From a virus (lineage: Duplodnaviria > Heunggongvirae > Uroviricota > Caudoviricetes), in IMG/VR virus record IMGVR_UViG_2534681998_000017, positions 1 to 7,019 of that record: a stretch of DNA of 7,019 bases; one strand, 5' to 3'. Shown here piece after piece: positions 6,849-7,019 of the stretch; position 1 is the stretch's first letter, and each line of letters opens with the position of its first letter. The notes under the pieces were generated by a model. That model made no database searches. It was not told where the DNA came from and worked only from the letters and a program-made list of their open reading frames with translations. Made by a program: the position numbers and the translations under genes.

Positions 6849-7019
6849 TGCCACTGCTGGATAAGCTGCGTGAGCAGTACGGGGTCGGACCGGTATGCAG
6901 CGAACTGCATATTGCCCCGTCAACGTATTACCATTGTCAGCAACAGCGACATCATCCGGATAAACGCAGTGCCCGTGCGCAGCACGACGACTGGCTGAAG
7001 AGAGAGATACAGCGCGTAT
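6845..7019 (+). CDS. IS3-family transposase OrfB, N-terminal fragment (runs off the window)
   Basis: ATG-ATG at 6845-6850 in the -1 frame relative to orfA; open reading frame to the window end (58 codons). Confidence 0.7.

Larger units (their letters stand above)
6698..7019 (+). mobile_element. internal fragment of an IS3-family insertion sequence (IS629/IS3411-like from memory), missing its left end and continuing beyond the window
   Basis: Plus-strand orfA C-terminus ...[49 protein letters not shown] has the leucine-zipper-like tail typical of IS3-family OrfA. It is followed in the -1 frame by the start of orf[59 protein letters not shown]..., overlapping orfA at an A-run. No terminal inverted repeat or complete orfA is present on the left side. 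Confidence 0.8.

Noticed and set aside
6684-6923. 79-aa minus-strand ORF across the IS fragment
   Set aside because: It is antisense to the IS orfA/orfB junction, which has a clear transposase reading on the plus strand.
1-7019. tRNA, rRNA, CRISPR array, or a diversity-generating retroelement targeting the fibre tip
   Set aside because: No cloverleaf-like or rRNA-like sequence, no regularly spaced short direct repeats, and no reverse-transcriptase ORF or template-repeat copy of the stf 3' end were seen in the window.

Overview
This window is a mosaic, partly decayed prophage tail region of enterobacterial (E. coli-like) type. On the plus strand it holds the 3' end of a lambda lom-like outer-membrane protein gene (frame-broken twice), a rho-independent terminator, an intact lambda-type side tail fibre gene (stf, 971 aa) and an overlapping tail-fibre assembly gene (tfa). 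A bidirectional terminator then separates these from an AT-rich insert of about 0.7 kb carrying, on the minus strand, a WcaB/CysE-like hexapeptide-repeat O-acetyltransferase with its own sigma70-like promoter, which is the most likely novel cargo here. Further right on the minus strand, a P2 gpU-like tail gene is intact, but the tape-measure gene before it is frameshifted and 5'-truncated where it meets an internal fragment of an IS3-family element (end of orfA, start of orfB) that runs off the window. All three frame disruptions are single-base losses at short homopolymers, so sequencing error must be excluded before calling them pseudogenes. No tRNA, rRNA or CRISPR array was seen. All homology calls are by eye and from memory of the protein families; no searches were run.
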